Below are positions 29,424 through 38,701 of a DNA stretch of 64,000 bases, in pieces. The notes beneath the pieces are model-generated. The model was given only the letters and a program-made list of their open reading frames with translations. It was not told the DNA's origin and did not search any database. A program made the position numbers and the translations under genes. This stretch comes from an uncultured Candidatus Rokubacteria bacterium (GTDB taxonomy: Bacteria > Methylomirabilota > Methylomirabilia > Rokubacteriales > CSP1-6). Location of the stretch: contig CAVWWD010000003.1 of NCBI GenBank assembly GCA_963758635.1, forward strand, positions 896,001 through 960,000, written 5' to 3'. Each line of letters starts with the position of its first letter. The stretch's first letter is position 1.

Positions 29424-30413
29424 GTGTCCGAGCTGCCCCGTCCCGATACCGACCGAGCGCTCCCCGAGACGGCCAGCACGCCCGAGCTGTCGACGCAGCA
29501 GTGGGCCATCCAGCGCCGTATCGAGGACGTCTTCGCCAAGCTCGGCGAGAAGTTCGGCGACCTGTCCGGGCGGGTCGTCGTCACGATCCGGCCCGAGGCG
29601 TCCTTCGACTCGATCGGCGGCCTCGCCGAGGCCAAGGCCATCGTGCGCGGCTTCGCCACCGCGCTCACCGAGCCGGAGCTCTACCGGAAGTGGGGGATCA
29701 CGCCGCCCCGCGGCGTGCTGCTCTACGGGCCGCCGGGCACGGGCAAGACCTTGCTCGCGCGCGCCCTCGCCACCAAGGCCGGCGCGATCTTCTTCCACCT
29801 CAAGCTGATGAACCTGACCTCCAAGTTCGGCCCGAACACCGGCGAGCTTCTCCAGGAGATCCTCGGCATCGCCCGGGCGGAGGGCCGGGCCGTGGTGTTC
29901 CTGGACGAGGCCAACGCGCTCTCGCTCGAGCACCTGCTCCCGCCCGCGCAAGCGCGCGAGGCGAGCGCGCGGCTCGTGGCCGCGCTCTGCGAGAAGCTCG
30001 ACGGGCTCGGCGACTTCGCGCCGACCCTCGTCGTGGCCTCGACCGACCGCATCGACTCCATCGACGCGTCGCTGGTGGAGCCGCGCCGGCTCGATCGCCT
30101 CGTCGAGATCGCGCTGCCCGACGGTCCCGCGCAGCAGGAGATCGTGCAGCTTGCGAAATCTCGCGCGGAGTCGGCGGCGGGGCGGCCGCTGTTCGCCGAG
30201 ATCGACTACCGCTCCCTCCTGCCGCCCATGGGCGGCATGTCAGGGGCGGAGATCTCCGAGCTGCTCCGGCGCTCCCTTGAGCGGAAGGTGCAGGCGGCGA
30301 GCGAGGGACGCGACGAGGGCCTCGTCACCACCCAGGACGTGCTGCAGCAGATCGACGGCTACCGCCGCGTGCGCGAGGTGGTGGAGAAGATCCGGTACGG
30401 ACAGTATCTCTAG
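29424..30413 (+). CDS. Single-domain AAA ATPase (FtsH/PAN/Cdc48 clade) with atypical motifs
   Basis: SFDSIGGL, PRGVLLYGPPGTGKTLLARALA, VFLDE, GMSGAEI. Confidence 0.85.
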   Translation: MSELPRPDTDRALPETASTPELSTQQWAIQRRIEDVFAKLGEKFGDLSGRVVVTIRPEASFDSIGGLAEAKAIVRGFATALTEPELYRKWGITPPRGVLLYGPPGTGKTLLARALATKAGAIFFHLKLMNLTSKFGPNTGELLQEILGIARAEGRAVVFLDEANALSLEHLLPPAQAREASARLVAALCEKLDGLGDFAPTLVVASTDRIDSIDASLVEPRRLDRLVEIALPDGPAQQEIVQLAKSRAESAAGRPLFAEIDYRSLLPPMGGMSGAEISELLRRSLERKVQAASEGRDEGLVTTQDVLQQIDGYRRVREVVEKIRYGQYL

Positions 30414-30442
30414 TCGAAGGGGGCCTCGACGGCCCCCTTCGA
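30414..30442 (+). terminator. 12-bp hairpin immediately after the AAA stop
   Basis: TCGAAGGGGGCC-TCGAC-GGCCCCCTTCGA. Confidence 0.6.
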
Positions 30443-30455
30443 GCATCACCGGCGT

Positions 30456-30481
30456 GCGGGCACCCGGGCTTCGCCCGCCCG
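30456..30481 (+). repeat. 26-nt REP-like hairpin (family D)
   Basis: Identical to 10590-10615. Confidence 0.75.
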
Positions 30482-30696
30482 CACCGTGCGTGGTCTCGTC
30501 GGGAGCCCGCGCACGGTGCGGACTCGGCGACCCCTGGCGTGCACGTCGGCGTGGTAGGATTTCGAGCGTCGATGTCGTTCCGCGCTCCCTCCTCTCACCG
30601 GACTTCACCGAGCGTCGTGGCGGCGGCCGCTGGCTGTCCTGGGCTGGCCACGGCGGATCCGTCGGCGCGCCCGGCGGACACGGAAGGGCGGGGCGC

Positions 30697-31119
30697 GTGC
30701 CGTCGGTGACGTTGATCAGGGTGCGGTACAAGGACACGGACACGATGTCGGTCGTCTACTACGGGAACTACCTGACCTACTTCGAGGTGGCCCGCGTGGA
30801 GTACCTGCGGGAGCGGGGCCTGCCGATGTCGGAGGTGGACCGCCGGATGCACATGCCGGTGGTGGAGGCGCGCGTGCGCTACGTGAAGCCCGCCCGCCTC
30901 GACGACCTCCTCGAGGTGACCTCGCGCGTGAGCGAGAGGAAGCGCGCGAGCTTCACGTTCAGCTACGAGATCCGCAACGAAGCCAAGGAGCTGGTGGCGA
31001 CGGGCAGCACGCGCCACGCCTGCTGGGATCCCGCCACGAGCCGGATGATCCCGCTGCCCGACTGGCTCAAGGAGATCATGCCCGATGGCGACCTCGACCC
31101 CGACCCCCGCCACGCCTGA
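30697..31119 (+). CDS. Acyl-CoA thioesterase (YbgC/FadM family)
   Basis: RVRYKDTDTMSVVYYGNYLTYFEVAR, YVKPARLDD. Confidence 0.88.
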   Translation: MPSVTLIRVRYKDTDTMSVVYYGNYLTYFEVARVEYLRERGLPMSEVDRRMHMPVVEARVRYVKPARLDDLLEVTSRVSERKRASFTFSYEIRNEAKELVATGSTRHACWDPATSRMIPLPDWLKEIMPDGDLDPDPRHA

Positions 31120-32758
31120 GCCCCCGCGGCTCATCGCCGACGTCGCCCGCGACCTGGGCCTCGGCGAGGCCGAGTGGATGCCCTACGGCCGGTACAAGGC
31201 CAAGGTGCTGCTCGGCGCCCTCGAGGCCCGCCGCGCGCGCCCCGACGGCAAGCTCGTGCTCGTCTCCTCGATCACCCCGACGCCGGCGGGTGACGGCAAG
31301 ACGACGATGACGATCGGCCTCGGGCAGGCCCTCTGCAAGGCGGGGAAGCGGGCGGTGATCGCGCTGCGCGAGCCGTCGATCGGCCCGACCCTCGGCATGA
31401 AGGGCGGCGGCACGGGCGGCGGCCGCTCGCAGGTCGTGCCCATGGACGAGATCAACCTGCACTTCACCGGCGACTTCCACGCCATCACCTCCGCCAACAA
31501 CCTGCTCGCCGCCATGATCGACAATCACCTCCACCACGGCAACGCGCTCGGCATCGACCCGCGCCAGGTGTTCTGGAAGCGCGCGCTCGACGTGAACGAC
31601 CGCGCGCTCCGGAAGAACGTGCTCGGCCTCGGCGGCGCCATGGACGGCGTCCCGCGCGAGGGCGGCTTCCTCATCACCGCCGCCTCCGAGATCATGGCCG
31701 CGCTGTGCCTCGCCGAGAGCCTGGCCGACCTCCGGGCGCGGCTCGGGCGCATGGTGGTCGCGGTCACCCGCGAGGGGAAGCCCGTCGCCGCCGACGCCCT
31801 CGGCGTGACGGGGGCGATGACGGCGCTCCTGCGGGACGCCGTGCACCCGAACCTGGTGCAGACCATGGAGGGCACGCCCGCGCTCGTCCACGGCGGGCCG
31901 TTCGCCAACATCGCGCATGGGTGCAACTCGGTGGTGGCCACGCGGATGGCGCTCAAGCTCGGCGAGATCTGCCTGACCGAGGCGGGCTTCGCCACCGACC
32001 TCGGCGCCGAGAAGTTCTTCGACATCAAGTGCCGGTTCGCGGGCCTCTCCCCCGACGCCGCGATGATCGTGGCCACCGCGCGCGCCCTCAAGTACCACGG
32101 GGGCGTCGCGATCAAGGACCTCGGGCAGGAGGACGTGGAGGCGGTGCGCCGCGGCATCGACAACCTGGCCGCCCACGTCGAGTCGGTGCGGCAGTTCGGC
32201 GTGCCGGTGATCGTGGGCATGAACCGCTACCCCACCGACACCGCCAAGGAGTACGCGGTGGTGAGCGAGGCCTGCGCCCGGCTCGGGGTGCGCGTGGGAT
32301 TCGCGGACATCTTCGCGCGGGGCGGCGACGGGGGGCAGGAGCTCGCGCGCGAGGTCCTGGACCTGCTCGACCGCGAGCCGTCGGCCTACAAGCCGCTCTA
32401 CCCGCTGGACGCCTCGATCAAGACCAAGCTCTCGACCATCGCCACCCGGGTGTACGGCGCCGACGGCGTCTCCTACTCGGCGCGCGCCGAGCGCCAGATC
32501 GCCCAGGCGGAGGCGCTGGGCTACGGCGGCGTGCCCGTCTGCGTGGCCAAGACCCAGCGCTCGCTGAGCGACGACCCGTCGCGGCTGGGACGGCCGCGGG
32601 GGTTCACGGTCGCGGTCAACGAGGTCTACATCTCGGCGGGCGCCGGCTTCCTGGTGGCCCTCACCGGCGACATCACCACCATGCCCGGCCTGCCGCGCCG
32701 GCCGAACGCCGAGAACGTCGACGTCGCTCCCGACGGGGCCATCACTGGCCTTTTCTGA
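31085..32758 (+). CDS. fhs: Formate--tetrahydrofolate ligase
   Basis: TPTPAGDGKTT, INLHFTGDFHAI, HGGPFANIAHGCNS, TEAGF, TMPGLP. Confidence 0.97.
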   Translation: MATSTPTPATPEPPRLIADVARDLGLGEAEWMPYGRYKAKVLLGALEARRARPDGKLVLVSSITPTPAGDGKTTMTIGLGQALCKAGKRAVIALREPSIGPTLGMKGGGTGGGRSQVVPMDEINLHFTGDFHAITSANNLLAAMIDNHLHHGNALGIDPRQVFWKRALDVNDRALRKNVLGLGGAMDGVPREGGFLITAASEIMAALCLAESLADLRARLGRMVVAVTREGKPVAADALGVTGAMTALLRDAVHPNLVQTMEGTPALVHGGPFANIAHGCNSVVATRMALKLGEICLTEAGFATDLGAEKFFDIKCRFAGLSPDAAMIVATARALKYHGGVAIKDLGQEDVEAVRRGIDNLAAHVESVRQFGVPVIVGMNRYPTDTAKEYAVVSEACARLGVRVGFADIFARGGDGGQELAREVLDLLDREPSAYKPLYPLDASIKTKLSTIATRVYGADGVSYSARAERQIAQAEALGYGGVPVCVAKTQRSLSDDPSRLGRPRGFTVAVNEVYISAGAGFLVALTGDITTMPGLPRRPNAENVDVAPDGAITGLF

Positions 32759-32847
32759 TCGCTGCCGCCGGTGAGCGCGCTCCGGCGCGTGTTATACTTA
32801 CCGCCGCTCGCTGCTCCGCGCGAGCGTCGTCCCGTGCTTCCGCACTC

Positions 32848-33838
32848 ATGATCCACGTCGACCATCTGACGAAGCGCTACGGGCCGGTCACGGCCATCCG
32901 CGACGTCTCCTTCACGGTCGACGAGGGGAAGGTCGTCGGCTTCCTCGGCCCCAACGGGGCGGGCAAGTCGACGACGATGAAGATCCTCTCGTGCTTCATG
33001 CCGGCCTCGGGGGGCACCGCGACGGTGGCGGGCTTCGACGTCTTCCGCCAGTCGATGGAGGTGCGGCGCCGGATCGGGTACCTCCCGGAGAACGCCCCCC
33101 TCTACCTCGACCTCTCGGTGGCCGCGTACCTGGACTTCGTCGCCGAGATCAAGGGCGTGTCCCGTGGCGCGCGGAAGGCGCGGGTGGCCGAGGTGATGGA
33201 CCGGTGCTTCATCGCCGACATGAAGCACCGGACTGATCGGCAAGCTGTCGAAGGGCTACCGCCAGCGCGTGGGCCTCGCCCAGGCGCTCCTCGGCGATCC
33301 CAAGGTCCTGATCCTCGACGAGCCCACCATCGGGCTGGACCCGCGGCAGATCACCGACATCCGCGCGCTCATCAAGTCGCTGGCCGGGCAGCACACGGTG
33401 ATCCTGTCGACCCACATCCTCCCCGAGGTGCAGATGGTGTGCGACGGCATCGTGATCATCAACCGCGGCCGCATCGTGGCCCAGGGCACCCAGGCGCAGC
33501 TCGTCGAGCAGGTGTTCCCCACCGCGCGCGTGGAGCTGGCCGTGGGCGGACCCGCCGACGCCGTCGCCGCCGCGCTGCGCGCGGTGCCCGGCGTGCTCCG
33601 CGTGGCGCCCATCGAGCCCGTTGGCGCGCAGAACGGCGTGGTCGGCTTCGCCGTCGAGTCGCCCCGCGAGCACGACCTGCGCGAGGAGCTGGGCCGGCTC
33701 GTGCTCGCCCGCGGCTGGCGTCTCATCGAGCTGCACCAGGCCGGCCTCAGCCTGGAGGACGTGTTCATCCGCGTGGTCGCGGGCGAGGAGGCGGCGGAGA
33801 CGGCCACGATCGAGATGACCGCCGCCGAGGGCGCCTGA
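32848..33838 (+). CDS. ABC-2 type ATPase (GldA-like); frameshift near 33230
   Basis: GPNGAGKSTT; LSKGYRQRVG signature; LILDEPTIGLDP; STHIL. Confidence 0.9.
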
Positions 33839-34605
33839 TGCGCTGGCTCCCCGTGTTCAAGAAGGAGATGCGGCTGTACTTCGGCTCGCCCGTGGCCTAC
33901 GTGGTGTGCACGTTCTTCCTGGTCATCTCCGGCTTCTTCTTCAGCCAGATCTTCTACTTCTACACGATGCAGTCCATGCAGGCCACGATGAACCCCATGG
34001 CCGGCTCGAACCTGACGCCGACCGAGGGGATCCTCCGGCCGCTCTTCAACAACATGAGCGTGGTGCTGCTGTTCTTCATGCCGATGCTCACGATGCGGCT
34101 CTTCGCCGAGGAGGCGAAGTCGGGGACGATGGAGCTGCTGCTGACCTATCCGGTGCGGGACGGCGAGATCCTGTTCGGCAAGTTCCTCGCCGCCGGCCTC
34201 CTGTACGCGCTCATGCTGGCCTTGACCCTGCTCTATCCGGGCCTGGTCGGGCGCTTCGCGCGGCTCGAGTGGGGCAGCGTCCTCACCGGGTACCTCGGCA
34301 TGCTCCTCCTCGGCGCGGCGTTCCTCAGCATCGGGATCTTCCTGTCCGCCCTCACCGAGAACCAGATCGTCGCCGGCTTCTCCACGTTCGGCGTGCTGCT
34401 GGGGCTCTGGGTCATCGGCTGGGGCGCGGAGTTCGCGAGCGGCACCCTGCGGAGCGTGCTTCAGTACCTCTCCCTGATCGAGCACATGGACGGCTTCGGC
34501 AAGGGCGTGCTCGACACCAAGGACATCGTCTACTACGTCTCGGTGAGCGCGTTCGCCCTGTTCCTGGCCCTGCGCGCCGTCGAGGCGAAGCGCTGGAAGG
34601 GATAG
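33838..34605 (+). CDS. ABC-2 permease (GldF-like)
   Basis: KKEMRLYFGSPVAY, TMRLFAEE.KSGTMELLLT, TENQIVA. Confidence 0.88.
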   Translation: MRWLPVFKKEMRLYFGSPVAYVVCTFFLVISGFFFSQIFYFYTMQSMQATMNPMAGSNLTPTEGILRPLFNNMSVVLLFFMPMLTMRLFAEEAKSGTMELLLTYPVRDGEILFGKFLAAGLLYALMLALTLLYPGLVGRFARLEWGSVLTGYLGMLLLGAAFLSIGIFLSALTENQIVAGFSTFGVLLGLWVIGWGAEFASGTLRSVLQYLSLIEHMDGFGKGVLDTKDIVYYVSVSAFALFLALRAVEAKRWKG

Positions 34606-34609
34606 TGGC

Positions 34610-36250
34610 GTGAGCGCGCTGAAGGCGTGGATCGGCCCGCTCGGCGTGGCGTGTCTCGTGGGCGCCGGCGCCGTGTTCCTGTTCGTGCCCTGGCTGGAGC
34701 GCCTCCGCTGGGCGCTCCTGATCGCGGGCGTCCTGGCTCTCCTCGTCGCGGTGGCGCTCAACGCGCGCGAGCTGGGCGCCGTCCTCGGGCGCCGCTCCGC
34801 CCGCTACGGCCTCGGCCTCGGCGTGACCGCGCTCCTCGCCCTGGCCGTGCTCGTGTTCGCCAACGCGGTGTCGGTCCGGCACAGCGCGCGCTGGGACTTC
34901 ACCGAGAACCGGCGGCACAGCCTCTCGCCGCAAACCCTCAAGATCCTGAAGGGGCTCACGACGCCGGTGCAGGCCATCGCGTTCCCGCGCACCGACACCA
35001 CGAGCAAGCAGAAGACCGAGGACCTCCTCAAGCTCTACGCCGCGTACTCGAGCGGGAAGTTCACGTGGCGGGTGGAGGACCCGGATCGCTCTCCGGGCCT
35101 GGCGCGGCGCTACGGCATCGAGAGCTACGGGACGGTGGTGCTCGAGCGGGCGGGCAAGGGCGAGGCCCGGTCCGAGAAGATCCTCGACGCCGAAGAGGAG
35201 AAGGTGACCAACGGCCTCGTCAAGCTCACCCGGGACGGCAAGCGCGTGATCTACGTCCTCAAGGGGCACGGCGAGCTCGACCCCGCGAACGCGGAGCGGC
35301 CGGGCATGAGCCAGGCGAAGGAGCAGATGGAGAAGGTCAACTACGAGGTGCGGGAGCTCATCCTCGCCCGGGAGGCCAAGGTCCCGGCCGAGGCCGCCAT
35401 CGTGGTGGTGCCAGGGCCGAAGAACGATCTCCTCCCCCCCGAGCTGGAGGCGCTCGACGCGTACATCGCCCGGGGCGGCAAGGTCTTCTTCATGCTCGCG
35501 CCGTTCGAGGCCGATGGGCTTGCCAAGCACCTGGCCCGGTACGGGCTCGAGGTGGCCGACGACCTCGTCATCGAGACCAACCCGGTGGGCCGCCTCTTCA
35601 ACGTGGGGCCGGAGGTGCCCGTCGTCACCCAGTACGAGGGCCATCCGATCACCCGGGAGCTCGGGAACACGATGACGTTCTTCCCCCTCACGCGCTCGAT
35701 CGAGCCGGCCAAGACGCCACCGAAGGGGATCGTGGTGCAGGCCCTCGCCCGGACGAGCGCGCAGTCCTGGGGGGAGACCGACCGGGCGGCGCTCCGGCGC
35801 GGCGAGGTGCAGTTCGACGGTAAGGACCGCAAGGGCCCGCTGCCCGTGGCCGCGGTCGCCACGATCGAGGTCACCGCGGCGCCCGCGCCCGCCGGCAAGG
35901 CCGAGGGCGCCGGCAAGGGTGACGCGACCGGCAAGGGCGAGGCGGGCAAGGGGGACGGCGCCGAGCCGAAGCCCGCGCGCGCGCGGATCGTGGTCATCGG
36001 CACCGCGAACCTGGCCTCGAACCAGTTCCTCGCCGCCCAGGGCAACCGTGACTTCTTCCTGAACGTGATTTCCTGGCTCGCCGAGGAGGAAGACCTCCTC
36101 TCGATCCGACCCCGGGAGGCCACGGCCGCGCCGATCATCCTGACGGCCGCGCAGTCGCAGATGGTGTTCTGGCTGCCGGTCGTCGTGCTGCCGCTGGCGA
36201 TCGTCGCCTCCGGCATCGTGGTGAGGGTGCGCCGGCGGCGCGCCGGCTGA
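34610..36250 (+). CDS. GldG-like ABC auxiliary component
   Basis: RWDFTENRRHSLS, GHGE, GPKNDL, GNRDFFLN; C-terminal TM. Confidence 0.85.
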   Translation: MSALKAWIGPLGVACLVGAGAVFLFVPWLERLRWALLIAGVLALLVAVALNARELGAVLGRRSARYGLGLGVTALLALAVLVFANAVSVRHSARWDFTENRRHSLSPQTLKILKGLTTPVQAIAFPRTDTTSKQKTEDLLKLYAAYSSGKFTWRVEDPDRSPGLARRYGIESYGTVVLERAGKGEARSEKILDAEEEKVTNGLVKLTRDGKRVIYVLKGHGELDPANAERPGMSQAKEQMEKVNYEVRELILAREAKVPAEAAIVVVPGPKNDLLPPELEALDAYIARGGKVFFMLAPFEADGLAKHLARYGLEVADDLVIETNPVGRLFNVGPEVPVVTQYEGHPITRELGNTMTFFPLTRSIEPAKTPPKGIVVQALARTSAQSWGETDRAALRRGEVQFDGKDRKGPLPVAAVATIEVTAAPAPAGKAEGAGKGDATGKGEAGKGDGAEPKPARARIVVIGTANLASNQFLAAQGNRDFFLNVISWLAEEEDLLSIRPREATAAPIILTAAQSQMVFWLPVVVLPLAIVASGIVVRVRRRRAG

Positions 36251-36260
36251 CGCCCTCCGC

Positions 36261-38027
36261 ATGAGCTGGAAGACCTTCGCGGCGCTCGTCGTCCTCGCCG
36301 CCGGCTTCGGCGCCTTCTACGCCTACGACACGTACTGGCTCTTGCCCGCCCGCGACAAGGCGGAGACGGTCAAGGGCCGCCTCTGGCAGGTCGAGGCCAA
36401 GGACGTGGAGACGGTCACCATCAAGCGCAAGAGCGAGACGCTGAAGCTCGCCCGCGCCGGCGACGGCTGGGAGATGCTCGAGCCGGTCAAGGCGCGCGCC
36501 GATCGCGGCGCCGTCGACGGGCTCGTCACCAGCCTCACCACGGTGCGCGTCGATCGAGAGATCGATCCCTCGCCCGCGAAGCTCACCGACTTCGGCCTCG
36601 ACGCGCCGGACGCCGAGGTCACGATGCAGGTGAAGGGTCAGAAGGAGCCCCTCGCCCTGCTCCTCGGGGGCAAGAGCCCGACGGGCGCGTGGGTCTACGG
36701 CAAGGAGGCGGCCAAGCCCGCGGTGCTCGCGCTCTCGGACTCCGTCTCGCGCGAAGCGGCCCGTCCGGTGCCCGAGCTGCGCGACAAGACCGTGCTCGCC
36801 TTCGATCGCAAGAGCGTCACGGCCATGGACCTCGAGGTCGGCGGGGACCAGATCTCGCTCGAGGCGCAGGACGGCGGGAAGTGGCGGATCGTCAAGCCGC
36901 GGGACTTCGCCGGCGACCCCGACGTCGTGGCCGAGTTCCTCGACAAGCTCGGCGCGGCCAAGGCCGTCGAGTTCGTGGCCGGCGTCGACAAGCCCGCCCA
37001 GTACGGCCTCGACAAGCCGGCCAGGCTCACGCTGTGGACGGGGAAGGACAAGGACCGCGCCTCCAAGGCCCTCCTGTTCGGCCGGCCCGTGCCGGACAAG
37101 AAGGGCGTCTACGTGATGCGCCCCGGCGAGGCCGAGGCCATGCTGACCGGCGAGGAGGTCTGGACGGCCTTTCCGAAAACCGTCGCCGCGCTCCGCAACA
37201 AGGTCGTCGTCACCTACGCGTACGACAAGGTGAAGCGCCTCGACCTCGAGAGCTCGAAGGGCCCCGTGTCGATCGAGAAGGAGGCGTCGGGCTGGAAGCT
37301 CACCGGCCCCGAGACGCTCAAGGCGGACACGGGCGCGGTCACCTCGCTCCTCTGGCGCCTGCGCGACCTGCGCGCCTCCGGGTTCCTGGCCGAGGAGGCG
37401 GCCGACATCCCGCGCTACCTGGCCCGTCCCGAGGTCACGGTGCGCATCTGGGAGGAGGGAGCCAAGGAGCCCCGCACGGTGCTCCTCGGCGCCTCGAAGG
37501 AGGTCCGCGGCGGAGCGCCGGCGGCGGTGGCCGCGGTCGCTGGCCAGGGGCCGGTGATGCTCGTCGACGGCAAGGCGCTCCAGGACTTGGCCAAGACGAC
37601 CGACGACCTGCGCGACAAGTCGCTCGTCCCCGCGTTCGACCTGGGCGACCTGAAGGGCGCCCGGCTGTCCGCGGGCGGCAAGCGCATCGTGGTCGAGCGC
37701 GTCGGCGACCTCGACTGGAAGCTGGTCGAGCCCCGCGGCTCGCTCAAGGCGGGCAAGGTCACCGACGTCCTCCTGGCCGTGAAGGGCCTCGCCTGGAAGG
37801 CCATCGTCTCGCCGAAGGGCGACGACGCGGCGCGGTTCGGGCTCGACACACCCCAGGCCGAGGTGACGCTGATCAAGCGCGACGGGACGGAGCTCGCCAC
37901 GCTCCTCGTCGGCCGCGACGAGGGCGACGTGTCCTACGTCCGGCTGAAGTCCGGCCCGGCGATCTACTCGGTGGACGGCAAGGCGATCGGCGACATCAGG
38001 AAGGCGCCGGCCGAGATCCCCGGCTGA
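36261..38027 (+). CDS. DUF4340 domain protein (repeated domains)
   Basis: N-terminal anchor; repeated W....P...AD...V / (F/Y)GLD.P / LRDK modules. Confidence 0.8.
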   Translation: MSWKTFAALVVLAAGFGAFYAYDTYWLLPARDKAETVKGRLWQVEAKDVETVTIKRKSETLKLARAGDGWEMLEPVKARADRGAVDGLVTSLTTVRVDREIDPSPAKLTDFGLDAPDAEVTMQVKGQKEPLALLLGGKSPTGAWVYGKEAAKPAVLALSDSVSREAARPVPELRDKTVLAFDRKSVTAMDLEVGGDQISLEAQDGGKWRIVKPRDFAGDPDVVAEFLDKLGAAKAVEFVAGVDKPAQYGLDKPARLTLWTGKDKDRASKALLFGRPVPDKKGVYVMRPGEAEAMLTGEEVWTAFPKTVAALRNKVVVTYAYDKVKRLDLESSKGPVSIEKEASGWKLTGPETLKADTGAVTSLLWRLRDLRASGFLAEEAADIPRYLARPEVTVRIWEEGAKEPRTVLLGASKEVRGGAPAAVAAVAGQGPVMLVDGKALQDLAKTTDDLRDKSLVPAFDLGDLKGARLSAGGKRIVVERVGDLDWKLVEPRGSLKAGKVTDVLLAVKGLAWKAIVSPKGDDAARFGLDTPQAEVTLIKRDGTELATLLVGRDEGDVSYVRLKSGPAIYSVDGKAIGDIRKAPAEIPG

Positions 38028-38140
38028 CCGGCCGGGCGGGGCTCCCAACCGCCCCGGGGAACCGCGCGCGGCTCTCGGCGGTTAGCCATGCGTCCGTGGG
38101 CGGACGCGCATCTTCCTCAAACCAACGGAAGGAGATCGGC

Positions 38141-38701
38141 ATGACCAGGAGACGGCACCTCACGTGCGCCGTCCTGGCGGGCATGATCGGGATCCTGGCC
38201 CTGGCCGGCGTCGCGCACGCGCAGACGCTCGAGGTCGGCCAGAAGGCCCCCGATTTCACGCTCGCCGGGCCGGGCAACAAGCCCGTGAAGCTCTCGGAGC
38301 TGCTCGGGAAGGGCCCCGTCGTCGTCTACACGTTCATCCAGGCCTTCACCGCGACCTGAATCAAGGAGATCGGCGACTTCGAGGCGAACCTCGCCCAGTT
38401 CGAAGCCGCCAACGCCCAGGTCGTGGGTGTGAGCGCCGATCACGTTGCGACCCTCGATGCCTTCCGCAAGGCCAACCCGACCAAGCACCTGCTGCTCTCC
38501 GACTTCCGGCGCACCATGCTGCCGGCATGGGGCGCGCTGAACACCGACGAGAAGAGCCCGATCTTCCGCTACGCCAAGCGGACGTGGTTCATCCTCGACC
38601 GCGAGGGCACCGTCCGGTGGAAGAAGATCAACGACAACGCGCTGGACCTCCTCAAGGCCGACGAGGTGCTCAAGGCGCTCAAGGACTCGGGCGCGTCATG
38701 A
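38141..38701 (+). CDS. Exported peroxiredoxin (AhpC/TSA, AhpE/PrxQ-like) selenoprotein; UGA codon 73 at 38357-38359
   Basis: AAGGAG RBS; signal peptide AHA-Q; VGQKAPDFTL...AFTAT-TGA-IKE continues in frame to VVGVSAD, LLSDF, AKRTWFILDREG. The TGA sits at the peroxidatic Cys position. Confidence 0.88.
38375..38400 (+). promoter_or_regulatory. Candidate bacterial SECIS hairpin 1
   Basis: CGAGG-CGAA-CCTCG, loop 25 nt after the UGA, G at loop position 2; lower stem GACT/AGTT. Confidence 0.5.

Noticed and set aside
31705..34605. 966-aa ORF (likewise the 880-aa ORF at 12838-15480)
   Set aside because: Out-of-frame read-through of GC-rich genes joined to real downstream genes.
32848..38027. Gliding motility locus
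   Set aside because: GldA/F/G-like ABC components are widespread, and no other gliding or T9SS genes are present.
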